Source: Eledone cirrhosa (lineage: Eukaryota). Taken from it: DNA of 64,000 nucleotides. Each line of letters opens with the position of its first letter. Position 1 is the stretch's first letter. The notes beneath the pieces were generated by a model that did no database searches, was not told the DNA's origin, and worked only from the letters and a program-made list of their open reading frames with translations. Both the position numbers and the translations under genes were made by a program. Of this stretch, positions 43,569 through 57,678 are shown piece after piece. Location of the stretch: assembly GCA_964016885.1 (NCBI GenBank), contig OZ024740.1:403062001-403126000 (forward strand). Direction: 5' to 3'.

Positions 43569-44723
43569 GTAATTCCATATATGGTAAAAGTGATTGTCAC
43601 AAGGATTGGTCAAAATTTGTTGTTGAGACACATAATTCTATCATGGCAATTTGTGGAAGGAAGGGGTAGCTGAACCTGCCAGTAGAAGAAAGAGGGAGAG
43701 GGGGTGGAGGAAACCCAGTCGTGCGTTGATAGTGCCAACTACAGCAGGGCAGGAGGTCAAGGAAGTATACTAGGGAGGGGGAGGGGGAGGAAGTCGAAAC
43801 AATAAGTAAAACAATATGGGGTAAATATATAGAAAAATACTGAGAATGTTAAAAAAACAATTAAATATAAAAAAAAAACAATTTCTGGTTACTATAACCT
43901 AAGGACAGCTATCAAGTCTCTCACTGGTACTGCTAGACTAAAGAAAGGTTTACTAGGTGGGACGGAATTATAATGAGACCCTTTTAAGAAGTAGTAGTAA
44001 TCAACCGAGTATATCTTACGGTGATGGGTCAACAAGTGGGGGGCCAAAATACTAAAGAAACTACCACGAAATAATAATTCAGAGTCCCAGGACTAATACG
44101 AAATAATGGTTTCTACCCTAGGCACAAGGCCAGCAACCACCCAGTGCAAAAAATAAACTAATACGAAATAATAATTCAGAATCCCGAAAAAGAATACTAA
44201 TACTATCTCTAAGGGTGCCGCTACGATACAAAAATTCTAGTGCAAACTACATAAATGCTCGTACGAAGTATATGAAAAATTTGATACGGAAAATTAATTC
44301 AGAATCCCCCCCCCCCCCACCCCAAAAAGAATACTGATATACGAGAAATTAAAGCAAAGATACCACTAAGAAATGTAGAAAGCACGGGAAAAGGGCAGCC
44401 ATCGGATAAGAAGGCAAGTATACGGGGTCTATCACATCTGCTATAAAAAGCGGAGTCGGCCAATTCTATCATAGAATAGGGGAAGGGGTGGGGGTACTGA
44501 GGCTACAAAGGACCGAGGGGCTGCCTCGGGTGGGCGAGAAAATGAAAAGGACGACGACAAAGAAAGAGGACTGGGGTGGAAGGACTAGAGGACTAGGGAG
44601 GGATGGGGGAAGAAAGAAATATAGAGGAAGCGATAAAAAGATATAAAAGAAGATATTACGTCTACCTTTGCAAGCAGGGGTTACCCATTACAAAGTCAGC
44701 AAGTGGGGTGTTACAGCCCTTGT

Positions 44724-45295
44724 CTAACCCCCCCCCCCCCCCCCCCCGTCATTATGGGGAGGATTGAACCATGTTACATTGCGTGAGCGGCGGTGTCGCC
44801 TGCTGGTTCTGCTAATGGAAGCTGGACAGTAGGATATTTCCTCCCGGAAACCACTCCGCTTGAGAGCCTGGTTGTAATAAGGCGCATGTTCCTCGAATAT
44901 CTGCTCATTAGCGGACAAACGAGATATGCGGAGGGAGATGTTTTTAACCAGGTTATTGGTGATGTTCCTAGGATGGTTTGACCGACGGTGGATGTAGTGC
45001 CGGTTGTCGTTGGGTTTCCTGTATGGGTAGTACAGATCATTATCGAGGTCAAGGGTAACGTCCAGGAAGTTTACTCGGGTCAGGGACGTTTGTAGGGTTA
45101 TTTTAAATCCCCAGTCGCGGAAGAAGCTGATTAATTGTTTAAGGACCTGGTCTGTACTACTGGGGTTGTACCCTTTAAGGGTAAGGAGCCCATCATCACT
45201 GTACAATCCACCGCCGAATGCAGGAAACATATCGGTGAGTTTAGCTAGTAGGAATAATCCTATAAGATCTGTGACCTCAGCCGAATCCGTCGCGC

Positions 45296-45299
<4 letters not shown>
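44724..45299 (-). pseudogene. Penelope-like reverse transcriptase C-terminal and thumb fragment
   Basis: MGATDSAEV.DLIGL, LYSDDGL, VNFLDVTLDL, YRKPN, SNHP, WFNPP; breaks at a poly-G/C run. Confidence 0.85.
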
Positions 45300-45339
<40 letters not shown>

Positions 45340-45560
45340 TGAAAGCATTCGTCGGCTTAGCTGAGGCTCTGGCTTCGAATATGCTGTACTTCCATTTATA
45401 TATATATATATATATATATTCATAATAGGTCATGCTTGCCATTATATATATGCCACCTACCCCCCACTCTCCTGAGCGTGAATTTAATAAACATTTATCG
45501 TACTGCCTCTCTGTTCTGTCCCTGTTCAATTTTTCATTATATATATATATATATATATAG

Positions 45561-45603
<43 letters not shown>

Positions 45604-46269
45604 GAGGAGGAGTTTATACGTGTGTATGTATGTATGCATTAATGTGTGTGTGTTTGTGCGTGTACAATCATTTGAGTATGGGTGTGTGTGTTAATTATGA
45701 TGACAATATCAATTGATTTAGTTTTCCGCTCTCCATATTTAGACTGCGAGAATCTACTTGCATAAGAGGACATCATGCAGCATTCTCCATTTATGAAATT
45801 TCCCCTTTACTGTTTATTGAAACACAATCAGATACCAAATTCTCTTCCATTTTCTTTTTATCTTTAACGGATCATGAACATTCTAGTTAAGATCCACAGC
45901 CACTGCATTATCTAAAGGTAATTTTTGAAAAGTGCTAAAATTAGAAATATTTCGAATTGTTATGATATATATATATCGATTCTGGAACATTACAAAGAAA
46001 ATTACTTTTTTATATAAGTAAAAGTTCAAAAGGTGAGAGACTACGAATTTTAGAAAGAATTAGTAAAATGAAATAGAACATAAAGATGTATAGATATATG
46101 CTACTAACTCTAAAATTAGTTGCTATAGGCTACTAACTTTAAAATTAGTTGAACAAGTTACCCCATAGAAACATACAGCGCGTTCAACTGATATATATTA
46201 GTATCAGTTGGATGATCACTATGTATCTATACTTGTATCTATACTCGTGTAGAAATATATATACTTCTT

Positions 46270-46317
<48 letters not shown>

Positions 46318-46322
46318 TTATT

Positions 46323-46502
46323 TATTTATTAAAATAAAAGATTAAAGTGTAAGCAAAGAATCGCTGCTTTCACCCTTAACGGGATCTACTTTAATCTGTT
46401 ATTTTAATAAATATTTGCTCTAGCGTTCTTATATATTTGATATATATTTATCCTTATCGAGCCCTCTTTGGATTTTAGTCTTCAAATTTATCTTTATTAC
46501 TA
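46323..46502. mobile_element. Short fold-back element, CAGAAGA hammerhead family (core truncated)
   Basis: Same arms and tail as 57884-58279 with the turn-around inside the core. Confidence 0.75.
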
Positions 46503-46524
46503 AATATATATATGTATACATATA

Positions 46525-46692
46525 GAGATTCTTGTTACTCTGGAGTTTCGCCTACTTCTCACAGGTCATCAGGGCCTTGTGAGATGTAGACAAAACACCA
46601 GAGTAACCAGGCTCACTTTTTAGCCTTAATAAAATAATTATTTAAAATGAACTTCAGTATTGAGTACTCTTTTCACTCAGCCGTCAACTACA
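46525..46692. mobile_element. Short fold-back element with hammerhead core at 46534-46576 (-)
   Basis: Minus strand CTGATGA-CCTG tgagaag TAGG-C-GAAACTC ca GAGTA; arms GTTACTCTGG/CCAGAGTAAC; tail with AATAAA and GTATTGAGTACTCT. Confidence 0.6.
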
Positions 46693-47149
46693 TACGGATA
46701 TATACACAGACACACACACACATATATATATATATATAAAGGGAGGGGGAGCCACGTGTTGCCAATTTTTAAATACCAACTTTGACGCAAGTGGCCCCCT
46801 CCTCTTCTTTTTTAACGTGCCTATTTACTACGACGTATCTCCTATCCTAAAACTTGACTATTGTTTCGTTCTTTCGTCTCAGTGTCTTCCACATCATCTA
46901 GTTATGGCGGTTAATGACAGCCAACAGTTTCCTCTGCCGTCATTTTCTATGCGTGTTTTCCTTACCAGGACTAGTTATGTAGTGTGGTTATATTTATGAT
47001 AATTTATAATGAACGTTTCCATGGTTTTAAGTTTCATACTAAATATAGAAGATTTAAGTTGAATATGATTCTAGTGAAGGTTTTAACACGAGAATCTTGG
47101 TAAACATCTTTTTCTCATAATTCGAAAAAATAACGTTATTTGTCTGATT

Positions 47150-48350
47150 TTTTATCATTTGCTAATAGACGGTTGTACACCATTTTCCTTTATTTCAATT
47201 AAATACTGAGCATTTGCTCTTCCAGTACATAATAGGAGATAACCAACCACCAAGATTGAGAAGGGAGAACTTTGTAAACTCAGCTTAGTCTTCTTATGGA
47301 TGATCTCCAGAAAGCAGTACAGTCAGTAGATATTCAACCATCTCCTCCCTCTTTTGTTTGTAACAATCTTCCATGGGCGCATCATCATCCAGGATGTTTT
47401 GATAATAAGACTTATTGCTGGAATCCCAACGTTTCTGGAACTTTCTGAACATTCGGATACTGGGACCAGATGATGGGAAAAAGATCTCGAACACTTTCTT
47501 CAAAACCAGTTCAAGAATGTGATGGTGGCAAGCAAGCGGGATTTTTTCAGAGCTGTTTCAATGTTTGTATTGGCTCCTTGGTGTATACCTGTGTTACTGG
47601 CAGTGGTGTCTTAGGGCATTCTAAATATTATTCAATTATTAGTTGTTGAATTTCCTTCAAAACAACTTCAGCGACTTGTCGTCCGGTTCCATTTCTCGCA
47701 ATAGGATCACATAAGAGCTCCTCATTTCCTTTCCTTGTCGTTCCATGTAACTAAACCTGCAATCCAATCTTCGAGTGTGCTAGATCGGGAAGTCGATATT
47801 AATAATTTCCCATCCCCAGTGGAGGTCTAGCCAGGATCTGTTTTTATATTGGAAAGCGAATACCTCGATTTCCTGAGCCATCATCTCACAGTGGCTGGTT
47901 CTTGTTTGATAAACAGCTGAAGGGGAAATTGAAAGATAAGATACATCATGACCAAAACTCTCCGCAATTGTGCTGTAAGAAGTACTTGCCTGTTATACCA
48001 ATATTTTCTCCCGTTCCCACATGGCAATAAGACTGGTGTTAGGAGTCGTCTTTATTCACAATTGCTTTTCATCCTTTTTTTTTTTTCAGTCCTTGATAAT
48101 CCTTATACAATTTCTCGATTGAAGAGCGGATGTTTTTAGTTTCCATTTTAGTCAGGATATTTGCTTTTCTCCACACTTCCTGGACCTTCTGGCCAGTGTT
48201 CTTTTACGGTAACTGAAATTGTCTCTCCGAGTTCGACGTGATGGTAGAGAAAACGCAAAGAGTACTTGTTGTTTAAAGGTGAGTTGAGGTTTAGGTAACA
48301 CTCCTCGGATTTTTCTCAAGCTGTCAAATGGCCTTTATGGTTTCATTTCC
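47150..48350 (-). pseudogene. Degenerate DDE transposase, probably hAT superfamily (hATm-like)
   Basis: Minus-strand (W)DGKLL, DTTASNTGIHQGA, LACHHHILELVLKKVF, SSGP; subgroup assignment is from recall only. Confidence 0.6.
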
Positions 48351-48800
48351 ATATTCACTGTGAAAGAGGAAAAGCAAAATCAATCAATCTATTTTATTTT
48401 AACTAGCCTGTGAGTTCTTACATTTCTGAAACCCATTAAGTTATTGAAAAGTAAAAGACAAGAAAATTATTTAATAACGTTATAACAACAGGTAGTAATG
48501 TCTTCTGCAAGTACACAGACGAAAATGGATAAAACTTTCAACTTGGCTACAATCAACAAATGCTGTAGTAAAATGTCATAATTTTGGCATAGCATTCAAA
48601 CATCACGAAACTGTGCCACCTTTAAATATATATCTGTCTCTCTTTGTATTTTCGCATGTGAAGCTTCTATGTAAAACGAATTCAGGGCGCAATCGATATG
48701 AAGTGGTTGCAACTATCTATCTATAAATATGATACAACATATTGTGCATGCATATAAATGTGTATATATGTATAATATACATATATATACACCCCCCCCC

Positions 48801-48865
<65 letters not shown>

Positions 48866-49555
48866 AATCTATGTATGTATATTTAAAACCGTTGAGGAGG
48901 TAACAATCTTTGAATATTAAGTTAATTTAGGTTTAACGGCTTCAACGCAAGTTTTTTTTATTACGAAAAATAGTCGTAGTTGGGAATATAAGTCTCTGGA
49001 GACGGAAAAAGTAGACAGCAACAGTATTTATGTAGGACGGAACAGTGTCAATGTACATAGATATCATAAATGTTGTCCTTGACGAAAAGGGAAGATCGAT
49101 AATTGCGCTTGTGTCAACCAGTGCAAAGTCATATGTTTCCACCAATATATTGGAAAATAAGTAGGCGGAATTAGTTGAAAATGTAATATTCCACCCCGAA
49201 GCATAGACATAACACACACACACGCACACATGGACATACACATACACAGAGACATACACATGCACATACATACACATACATATATTAACAAACAGATGTG
49301 TACATGCTTGTATTCCTTTTGTATTATATCTAGTTTGTATAATATACAGGCGTTTTTACTATAAATCTTACCTGACTACAGGATACTCACGTATAACTTT
49401 GTCAGTGTGTTTTTGTACATACATTTATACATACATTTATACATACATACGTACAGACATACATACATATATACATACATACATACATACATACATACAT
49501 ACATACATACATACATACATACATACATACATACATACATACATACATACATACA

Positions 49556-50977
49556 TGGAATACTCAATTGGACGATAGACGAAATCCGAGCAGTTGATGT
49601 TGGAACTCGAAAAATACTGAGCAACACCGGAAACTTCCACATCAACAGTGACATAGACCGCCTTTACTTGAAATGTAAGCAGGGAGGCAGAGGCCTAACA
49701 TCAGTCCAGACAACATTTGAATGTCGAATCATATCTCTCCAACAACATCTACGAACCTCGAAGCGTAGGAGCCCGCTTCTCGAGCAAGTCTATCTGCATG
49801 AAACAGATAAGATCATGATAGTTGGGAAGGAACTACTTGAGAGATATTCCCTGTGTGATAATCAAAAACTCACACCCAGGGATGTCGCTCAGCAGTATCG
49901 CAGTGAATCCATGGATGAAAAACTGCATGCCTATCAGCGAAAAATCATGCATGGATATGTTGCCAGGAAGCTCCAGAGTGAGAGTAATATAGATAAGGAA
50001 AGTAGTCTATCTTGGACCAACAACCACTATATTGGCTCCCACTTTGAAGGATACGCTTTTGCAATCCAAGAACAGGAGATTAGCACGAAATACCTGATTC
50101 ACAAAAGAGATAGGGATGCAGGCAAAACACCTAGATGTGATAACAAGTGCAGACTCTGCAGAACTAACATCGAGGATATCACCCATGTCATCAGCAGCTG
50201 CCCAAAGATGTCATCGCGGTACTATCTACCTATGAGGCATGATGTAGTGGCCAAAACACTGTACAATGCAGTTCGTAAAAAAGATAGCCCCGATAATAAA
50301 CACATTAAAAGCTACAACAATGTGGAAGACATCCATGTAGATAATATGAAAGAGTACTGGTGGAATGTTCCAGTAAAAACCCCAATAAAATGCAGGCATA
50401 ACAGACCAGATATTATGATATGGGACAGGGAGAAGAAAACATGCACAGTAGTGGAAATTAGCTGCCCAGCAGATGCCAATATAATATCAAAGATAAGTGA
50501 AAAGGAGAATATTTATGCAGAACTGATGAGAAATCTGCAGATACTCCACCCTGATTACACCTTCAGATTTATGCCTGTGATTATTGGGGCACTGGGATAT
50601 GTTAGTAACTGCCTCAATACAAATCTTGAGAAGCTAGGCTTCACAGGAACAGAAAGAAAGAACACAACTAGTTAGGAAATTACAAGTACAATCCATTAAT
50701 GGAACAGTAAAAATATGTAAAACATTCCAAAAATGTTTCATCTAATAACTGCATATACACATGTACAGATACAAAGCATATACACATGCACGCATACAAC
50801 TCAAAACATACACATCCACACATACAATAACATCCATATCTACACATGCATGCATGCAGACATACATATCTACCTAGTTGATGTTGTGTAAATTCCAATG
50901 AGAGAGTCTTGTGTCTATGTTAGAAACCGACTTTCTCTCTATTGGTAAAACTTTGTGAAATTATAAAACCAGAAGAA
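49556..50977 (+). mobile_element. R4/Dong-type RLE non-LTR retrotransposon, 5'-truncated
   Basis: RLY..GGRGL, HGY, AIQEQ, CRLC..EDITHVISSC, RHD, NRPD..VVEISCP (restriction-like endonuclease); both ends in (CATA)n. Confidence 0.9.
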
Positions 50978-51003
50978 CATACATACATACATACATACAT
51001 ACA

Positions 51004-52060
51004 TGGTGGCTGCCAACTCGTTTTCGAGTACGGCCACTACTTTATATCCATGTAGGAGAACCCCTACCGATACGCTGAACGAGTGTGACTTTTTAGTCTA
51101 ACCAGCGACTTCAAAACTCTGGTACAAACACTACACTTGTGACAATTATTGACACATAGTGCTGGGCCCATGGTACCATGTGACGACAAATGCAGAGAGA
51201 TCTCCAGATATAAAGCAATGCCTGTGCCGTGAAGCTTTTATAGTGAGCAAAGGCACTGCACAAAGCCAGTCCCACTCTCTTAACCAAGATGATATTTACC
51301 AAAAAGAAGAACAAGTCAACATCATTGGATATCATCAGGGTTGCAGGTGTTATATCAGAGTTTTCCTTCTCCTAGAATTCTACCTTGACTAAGGCTAAGG
51401 GGTCATCTCTCCCGGTGATTTTGGATGGCCATTGACTCTTAAGAGCTCCTTTGACCTTTGACAGGTTTTGTTTTTAGTCCTGCAGGATGTCCAAAGTCAC
51501 CCTCCTCACCAAGAAACCTTGGTGGGGTTGCCAGTTTAGTCGCCAACGACCCGACCATGAGACAGGTTGTACTGGGATACATGTTACCAGTAGCACCAAC
51601 TGGTGACCTGACATAACATACATACATACATACATACATACATACATACATACATACATGGTGGCTGCCAACTCGTTTTCGAGTACGGCCACTACTTTAT
51701 ATCCATGTAGGAGAACCCCTACCGATGCGCTGAACAAGTGTGACTTTTTAGTCCAGCCAGCGACTTGAAAACTCTGGTACAAACACTACACTTGTGACAA
51801 TTATTGACACATAGTGCTGGGCCCATGGTACCATGTGATGACAAGTGCAGAGAGATCTCCAGATATAAAGCAATGCCTGTGCCGTGAAGCTTTTATAGTG
51901 AGCAAAGGCACTGCAAAAAGCTAGTCCCACTCTCTTAACCAAGATGATATTTACCAAAAAGAAGAACAAGTCAACATCATTGGATACCATCAAAGTTGCA
52001 GGTGTTATATCAGAGTTTTCCTTCTCCTAGAATTCTGCCTTGACAAAGGCTAAGGGGTCA
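51004..52060 (-). mobile_element. Tandem pair of non-coding RTE-5'-related elements (51004-51615; 51658-52060 truncated)
   Basis: ~400-bp near-identical duplication separated by (CATA)n; the AGAGTTTTCCTTCTCCTAG motif resembles RTE 5' UTRs. Confidence 0.6.
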
Positions 52061-52844
52061 TACATACATACATACATACATACATACATACATACATACA
52101 TTCATATATATACATACATTTATACATATATACATACATACGTACATACACGCACACATACATACATATATACATATATACATTCATATATACATACATA
52201 GATAAATACATACATATATACATACGTGCATATATATATACAGACGAACAACACAGAGAGACTTTCTGACATGATGATTGCTGCATCAGTTGTTAGCCAT
52301 CTCAACATCGCCTCAGTTATTCCTGCAAGTCTACATCCTCCCAGGTGCATAGAAGTGATATTTCAATCCACCAAAAAGAGGCAAGACCAAGACCTCACCC
52401 CTAGGCACTGACACCACTACAGCATAGGTCACACAACACTGGTGACTTGATAATCTTAACTGTTCCCGCCTATACTATACCTTCGTAGATGTCGAAACCA
52501 CAGAAGTGGCTGTATTTCCTTGGCGCAAATTCGCTTCTTGATGTTTCTTTCAACCACGCATAGTAGTTGTATGGCAATTCACCACGCTGCTCTATACGTC
52601 TTTTGAAGCCTGCAAGGTATTTTGAGCTGCATGTATCATATAACAAAGAGCACAACAAGATAACAGTACTCCATAGTGTGGTTTGCAGCTGCGCAGATAC
52701 AGGCAGCTCGGCCAGTCCTGAAGCCCCATCTGATCAAAGCGCTTTTAATCCCCTTCTTATTCTCAGGCAGTTAAAAGTTCTCCACTGAGCCTAGAATAGA
52801 CGGTAAATTAACAGAATATTTAGAGCCTCGGATTAAATGCTAAA

Positions 52845-54240
52845 GAGCTGGCGTGGTAGAATTGTTAGATCGTTGGAGAAAATATATCGCTGCATTTGTT
52901 CCGGTTTTTTCTATACTCAGTTCAAATCGTACCCTGCTCAGCTTTGTCTTTCATTCTGTCAAGACCGATATATAAAGTCCCAGTGAAGTATTGGAGTTCA
53001 TATAAACGACTTTCCCTTCCCCATAAATTGCTGACCTTGTACCTAAATTGGATATGCTTTTAGGGAGTTGGATTGGTAATTACGTTGAAGCATTGGGCAA
53101 AATACTTTGCAGTATTTAGTTACGACTTTCTACATTCTAATTTCAAATCCCCTCGGGCTCAACGTTGCCTTTCATCCTTCCTAAGTCGATTAAATGAACG
53201 TACCAGTTATATACAGGGGTCGATATAATCGAGTTTCTTCCTCCTCTAAATTGCTGGTCTTGTGTCAATGTTAGAAAGAATGATTATTATAAAAGAGTTA
53301 CGGCCCTTTATGGACTGAGTTCAAATACCGCCGAGGTTAACTTTGCCTTTCATCCTTACGGACTCGATAAAATAAAGTACCAGTAATACACTGGGATAAT
53401 TGCTGGCATTGTGCCAAAAGTAGAAACAATTATTATTGAAATAATAAGAGAGAGGTTTGTCAGTGTCGTTAGGACAGATGTTTATCAATAGTTGCTCCAG
53501 TACTTTACGTTCGGAGTTTAATTTCTGCTGGGGACAACATTGCTTTTCATCCTCAGAAGAGCGATAAGATAAAGTAGCAGTGACAGTGACGCACATGGGT
53601 CGATTTAATCGACTCCCCCCCCCCAAAAAAAAATCGCTGCCTTGTGCCTATATAAGAAACCATTATTGGTGGATTGGCAATATCGGTAGAGGATCGGATG
53701 GCATGCTTCCAGTAATGCACTGGAATAATTGCTGGCCTTGTACTAAAAGTAGAAACAATTATTATTATCGGGAAGGCGATGAATAGACAGTATCGGAAGA
53801 GCCTGGTTCAACATGCTTTGCGGTATTTGGTTACGACTTTTTACCTTCTGAGTTCATTCACGTTGAGCTCAACTTTGTCTTTCATCCTCCATAGGTCGAT
53901 AAAATAAATTACCAGTTAAGTACTGTGTCGATGTAATCGTCATTCTCCAGCCCTCAAATTGCTGGCCTTGTGCAGATGTTAGAAAGAATAATTATTATTG
54001 AAATAAGAAGAGAGTAGTGGATCGGCAGTAATCGGTAAAGCGTCGGACACCATGCTTTGCAGCATAGAGTTACGTTCCTTTACGTTTTGAGTTCAAATCC
54101 CGCCGAGGTTAGCTTTGTTTTTCATCGTTACAGGGTCGATAAAATAAAGCACCAGTAATGCACTGAGGTCGATTAATCGACTTTTCCCCTCCCTTTCAAA
54201 TTGCTGGCTTTGTGCCTAAAGTAGAAACAATTATTATTGG
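52845..54240 (+). mobile_element. Array of about 7 head-to-tail octopus-type tRNA-derived SINE copies
   Basis: Recurring GAGTTCAAAT (B box)..CTTTGCCTTTCATCC..GTCGATAAAATAA.GTACCAG..AATTGCTGGCCTTGTG..AGAAAC.ATTATT. Confidence 0.85.
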
Positions 54241-54696
54241 AATAAAACAAACAACAACCATAGCAGCATTGAAAGCAAAAGAGAATATTTTTGTTTTATT
54301 TTTCACTTTCTTTAAGCATAAAGTAACAAAAGACAGCCGAAAAATCTATTGTTGATTAATTTATTGTGTATGCCAGCTTAAGAGTGATAAGATCTGTTGA
54401 TATCTTAACAGTATCAAAGTCATTTCGAAATTGTTAGTAGTGATTTAACCGACTGGCAAATTATGTCTGCCCGAAATCACTACAACTCTTCAAATTAATT
54501 TCACTCATTTATCATCTCTCTATCACCGACACCATCATATACACACCACTAACAACAGCACCGCCACCATTACCATAATCACGACTGTCGTCATCGCCGT
54601 CATTTCCAATGACACCGCCATTTAAATCACTACAACTGCTACTGGTATTACTTGATTCTCTCAAACACATACTTTCTCTCTTGGTCTCTCTCTTTG

Positions 54697-54792
<96 letters not shown>

Positions 54793-54967
54793 TGTGTTTG
54801 TGTGTGCGTGTGTATGTGCGTGCGTGTGTATGTGTGTTGTTTTTTCATCAGTTTCTGCCTTCTCGGTCTCTTTTAATTTGAATTTTAACTTAAAGAATGT
54901 AATAACTCCTCCCCACCACTCGTTTAAAATTAAAATTTCCTAATTTAAATTAAAAGCGAAACAAATG

Positions 54968-55018
<51 letters not shown>

Positions 55019-56079
55019 GACATATGTATACATACATGCATACATCATACATATATGCATACATACACACATATATATATATAATGAAGTAAAAATATTA
55101 AATAAAACGTTGAGATTTCTTCTTTTTTCATTTTATTTCTGTTTTTAATTATTTTTAAATAATTATATTGTTTGTTTGATTTTATTATTTCTATTTTGCT
55201 CAAAGACAAGAAGGTGCCATTGAGATAAGGTCTTTCCAATATAACTGCAATTTCTAACATATATTTGTTTGTTTTCTTTCCGTTTGTATCTGTTTACATC
55301 ATTGTAAACTGTTGTTGATGTTGTTTTTTGTTATAGCTGTTGCTAATTGGTTACCTTTCGTGATGGTGGTGGTGATATTGTTTTATTTTTTTTTGTTCAT
55401 TTTATTTCTTACTAACGGTATTGCTGCTTGGTGGAGGGAAAGGTGTTAGTGTTTTTCACTGTTTGCAGTAATTCACTATTAGGTTCGTAACTTCTTGATG
55501 TTTAATCAAATGCCTCATTTTGATTAAGTGTAGCTCCGTCGATTAGAGAGGCGTCTACGAGGCTATTTCTGCGATCAGTCATATTTATAAAAGAACTGTA
55601 ATATAAACAACAATAATTAGCACAAACAATATTTAAGCAACAACAATAACAACGACAACGTGAAATGACAATAACATCAACGTACATATACGAAGGAGCT
55701 TCTATTTCTTTGATGGTTCTACTAGAAATAGTAGCTAAATTCTCCCTAATATATTTTACCGTTTTGAAGAAAAAATGTACTGTTATATGCACATACGAGA
55801 TGGTTATGGCTAAAACATCTTTGGTCATAGGTTTACCTATCGGGTTAGGGCATATTGTTACATTACTGTTGAAATTCTGAGCTTAAATCTCCAGACTTGG
55901 TTTTAGAATTTGTTCATAAGTTTGGAATCGAAATTTTAAGTAACATTTATGACGGTTGTTTTAGTCGACAAACACTTTCGATAAAAATGTGTCCTTGTTT
56001 TCCGATGAGGCATTATTTTATTACTATGACTCAACTAACTTCTCTCTTCAGGAAAATATATAATTTCTACCGATGGCAT

Positions 56080-56712
56080 TTCTTCTTCTTCTTCTTCTTC
56101 TTCTTCTTCTTCTTCTTCTTCTTCTTCTTCTTCTTCTTCTTCTTCTTCTTCTTCTTCTTCTTCTTCTTCTTCTTCTTCTTCTTCTTCTTCTTCGTCTTCT
56201 TCTTCTTCGTCTTCACCCACTTAGTACTGGGAGTATCTTAGGGGCAGAGTCCTCAAACACTCCTTCCAACGGGTGCCGTCAGAGGCAACCGTCTCCAACT
56301 GATCCAGTTGAACCCCCAAGCGAGATGAGCCAAGTTTATGAATGTTATCCAACCATCTTGCTCGCGGTCAACCCCCGGGTCTTCTGCCGGTTGGATTTGT
56401 CCGTATAACTTGTCCAGTGATTATTTCCTAAGACATTCTCACCACATGTCCATAGTACCAGAGTTATGATCTCTCAATTCTCTCGCAGAGTTGTTCTGCC
56501 AGAGAACAGGTCGCGGGTGGCGGATAGCGATACGGCCAAATGATATGATGGTTAGTTGCCTTATAAGCAAGAAGATGGCGGACGAATAAGCAACCCCGAA
56601 CCAACAGCGCTAAACTACTAGGGGAGATGGAGCAATCGGTCACACCTGTAGCTCCCAAGAAAACTCTCACAACCCAGAGATGTAGTTGTGGTGAGGCGAG
56701 TAAAGGCCGCCT
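56080..56712 (-). mobile_element. Bipartite RTE derivative: 5' UTR joined to ORF C-terminus with (GAA)n tail
   Basis: Minus-strand GRRPGG.PRARWLDNI..RWKECL; (CTT)n at 56080-56212; 5' end shared with 35652-35722. Confidence 0.7.
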
Positions 56713-57312
56713 AATCTTCACGGTTTAAGAAAATACCAAATTGGTGATTGGCGCGAATAAGACCACCAAAATTGAATATGGTGAGAGGTAAAATTTTACT
56801 TCTTATTCAAGAACTGTGGTTTCTTTTTCAAATATCCAAGCTTGTACCTCTGTGTTCTTTCTCCCACTCTGTCTTTTGTCTTCAAATCATTCCCAATTCG
56901 CCCCGGGAGGTCTGGCGCCTTCCTAAGTAGGTTTTGAGAAATCAATACACATGAGCTTTGGTATCAAGGCATTTGCATTTACCAACGCGAACAGCTTTTG
57001 TCAACTGAGATTCAATACTCCGCTGCCTGGTTCTCTCAAGAACCTTGCTTTTTGGGATGTTTGACCTCAAAACAAAGCAAGGAAGGTTTTATGTTAATAA
57101 GATAAGATTAGTTAATCCACTACGTCCGTATTTGATAAAAACCAGTTATTGTATTATTAAAGCATGAGGGCGGCGGATTGGCAATATCGGCAAAAGCGCC
57201 GCAGAAAATATTTTGCAGCATTCAGAACCTCACGATTGTAAGCCCGACGCTTTAACCACCAAGCCATGCGTGATATATGCATGTATATAAATATATATTT
57301 ATATATATTTTT

Positions 57313-57424
<112 letters not shown>

Positions 57425-57430
57425 ATACAT

Positions 57431-57464
<34 letters not shown>

Positions 57465-57466
<2 letters not shown>

Positions 57467-57646
57467 GTAATCTGAGTTTTTCGAATATTAATAATAACAT
57501 TCGATTCGTTTGTAATTATACAAACAAGCCTTATTTTTAAAGTCAGTAGAATGAACCCTTCATTCTTGCTTTTAGAATGAGGCTTGTTTGCATAATTACA
57601 AACGAATCGAATGTTATTATTAATATTCGAAAAACTAAGATTACAT
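57465..57646. repeat. ~180-bp imperfect palindrome with a short one-sided tail
   Basis: ATGTAATCT.AGTTTTTCGAATATTAATAATAACATTCG... mirrored; between TA/CA tracts. Confidence 0.9.
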
Positions 57647-57678
57647 TTATTGTATTCAGCCATGTAGAATGAAAAATT

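Larger units (their letters stand above)
43381..45299 (-). mobile_element. Penelope-like element, 5'-truncated and internally deleted
   Basis: RT fragment upstream, long non-coding 3' region, hammerhead at 43475-43568, both ends in (TA)n. Confidence 0.75.

Noticed and set aside
52845-54240. CRISPR-like array
   Set aside because: Units are diverged SINEs of ~100-220 bp without unique spacers; eukaryotic context; no cas genes.
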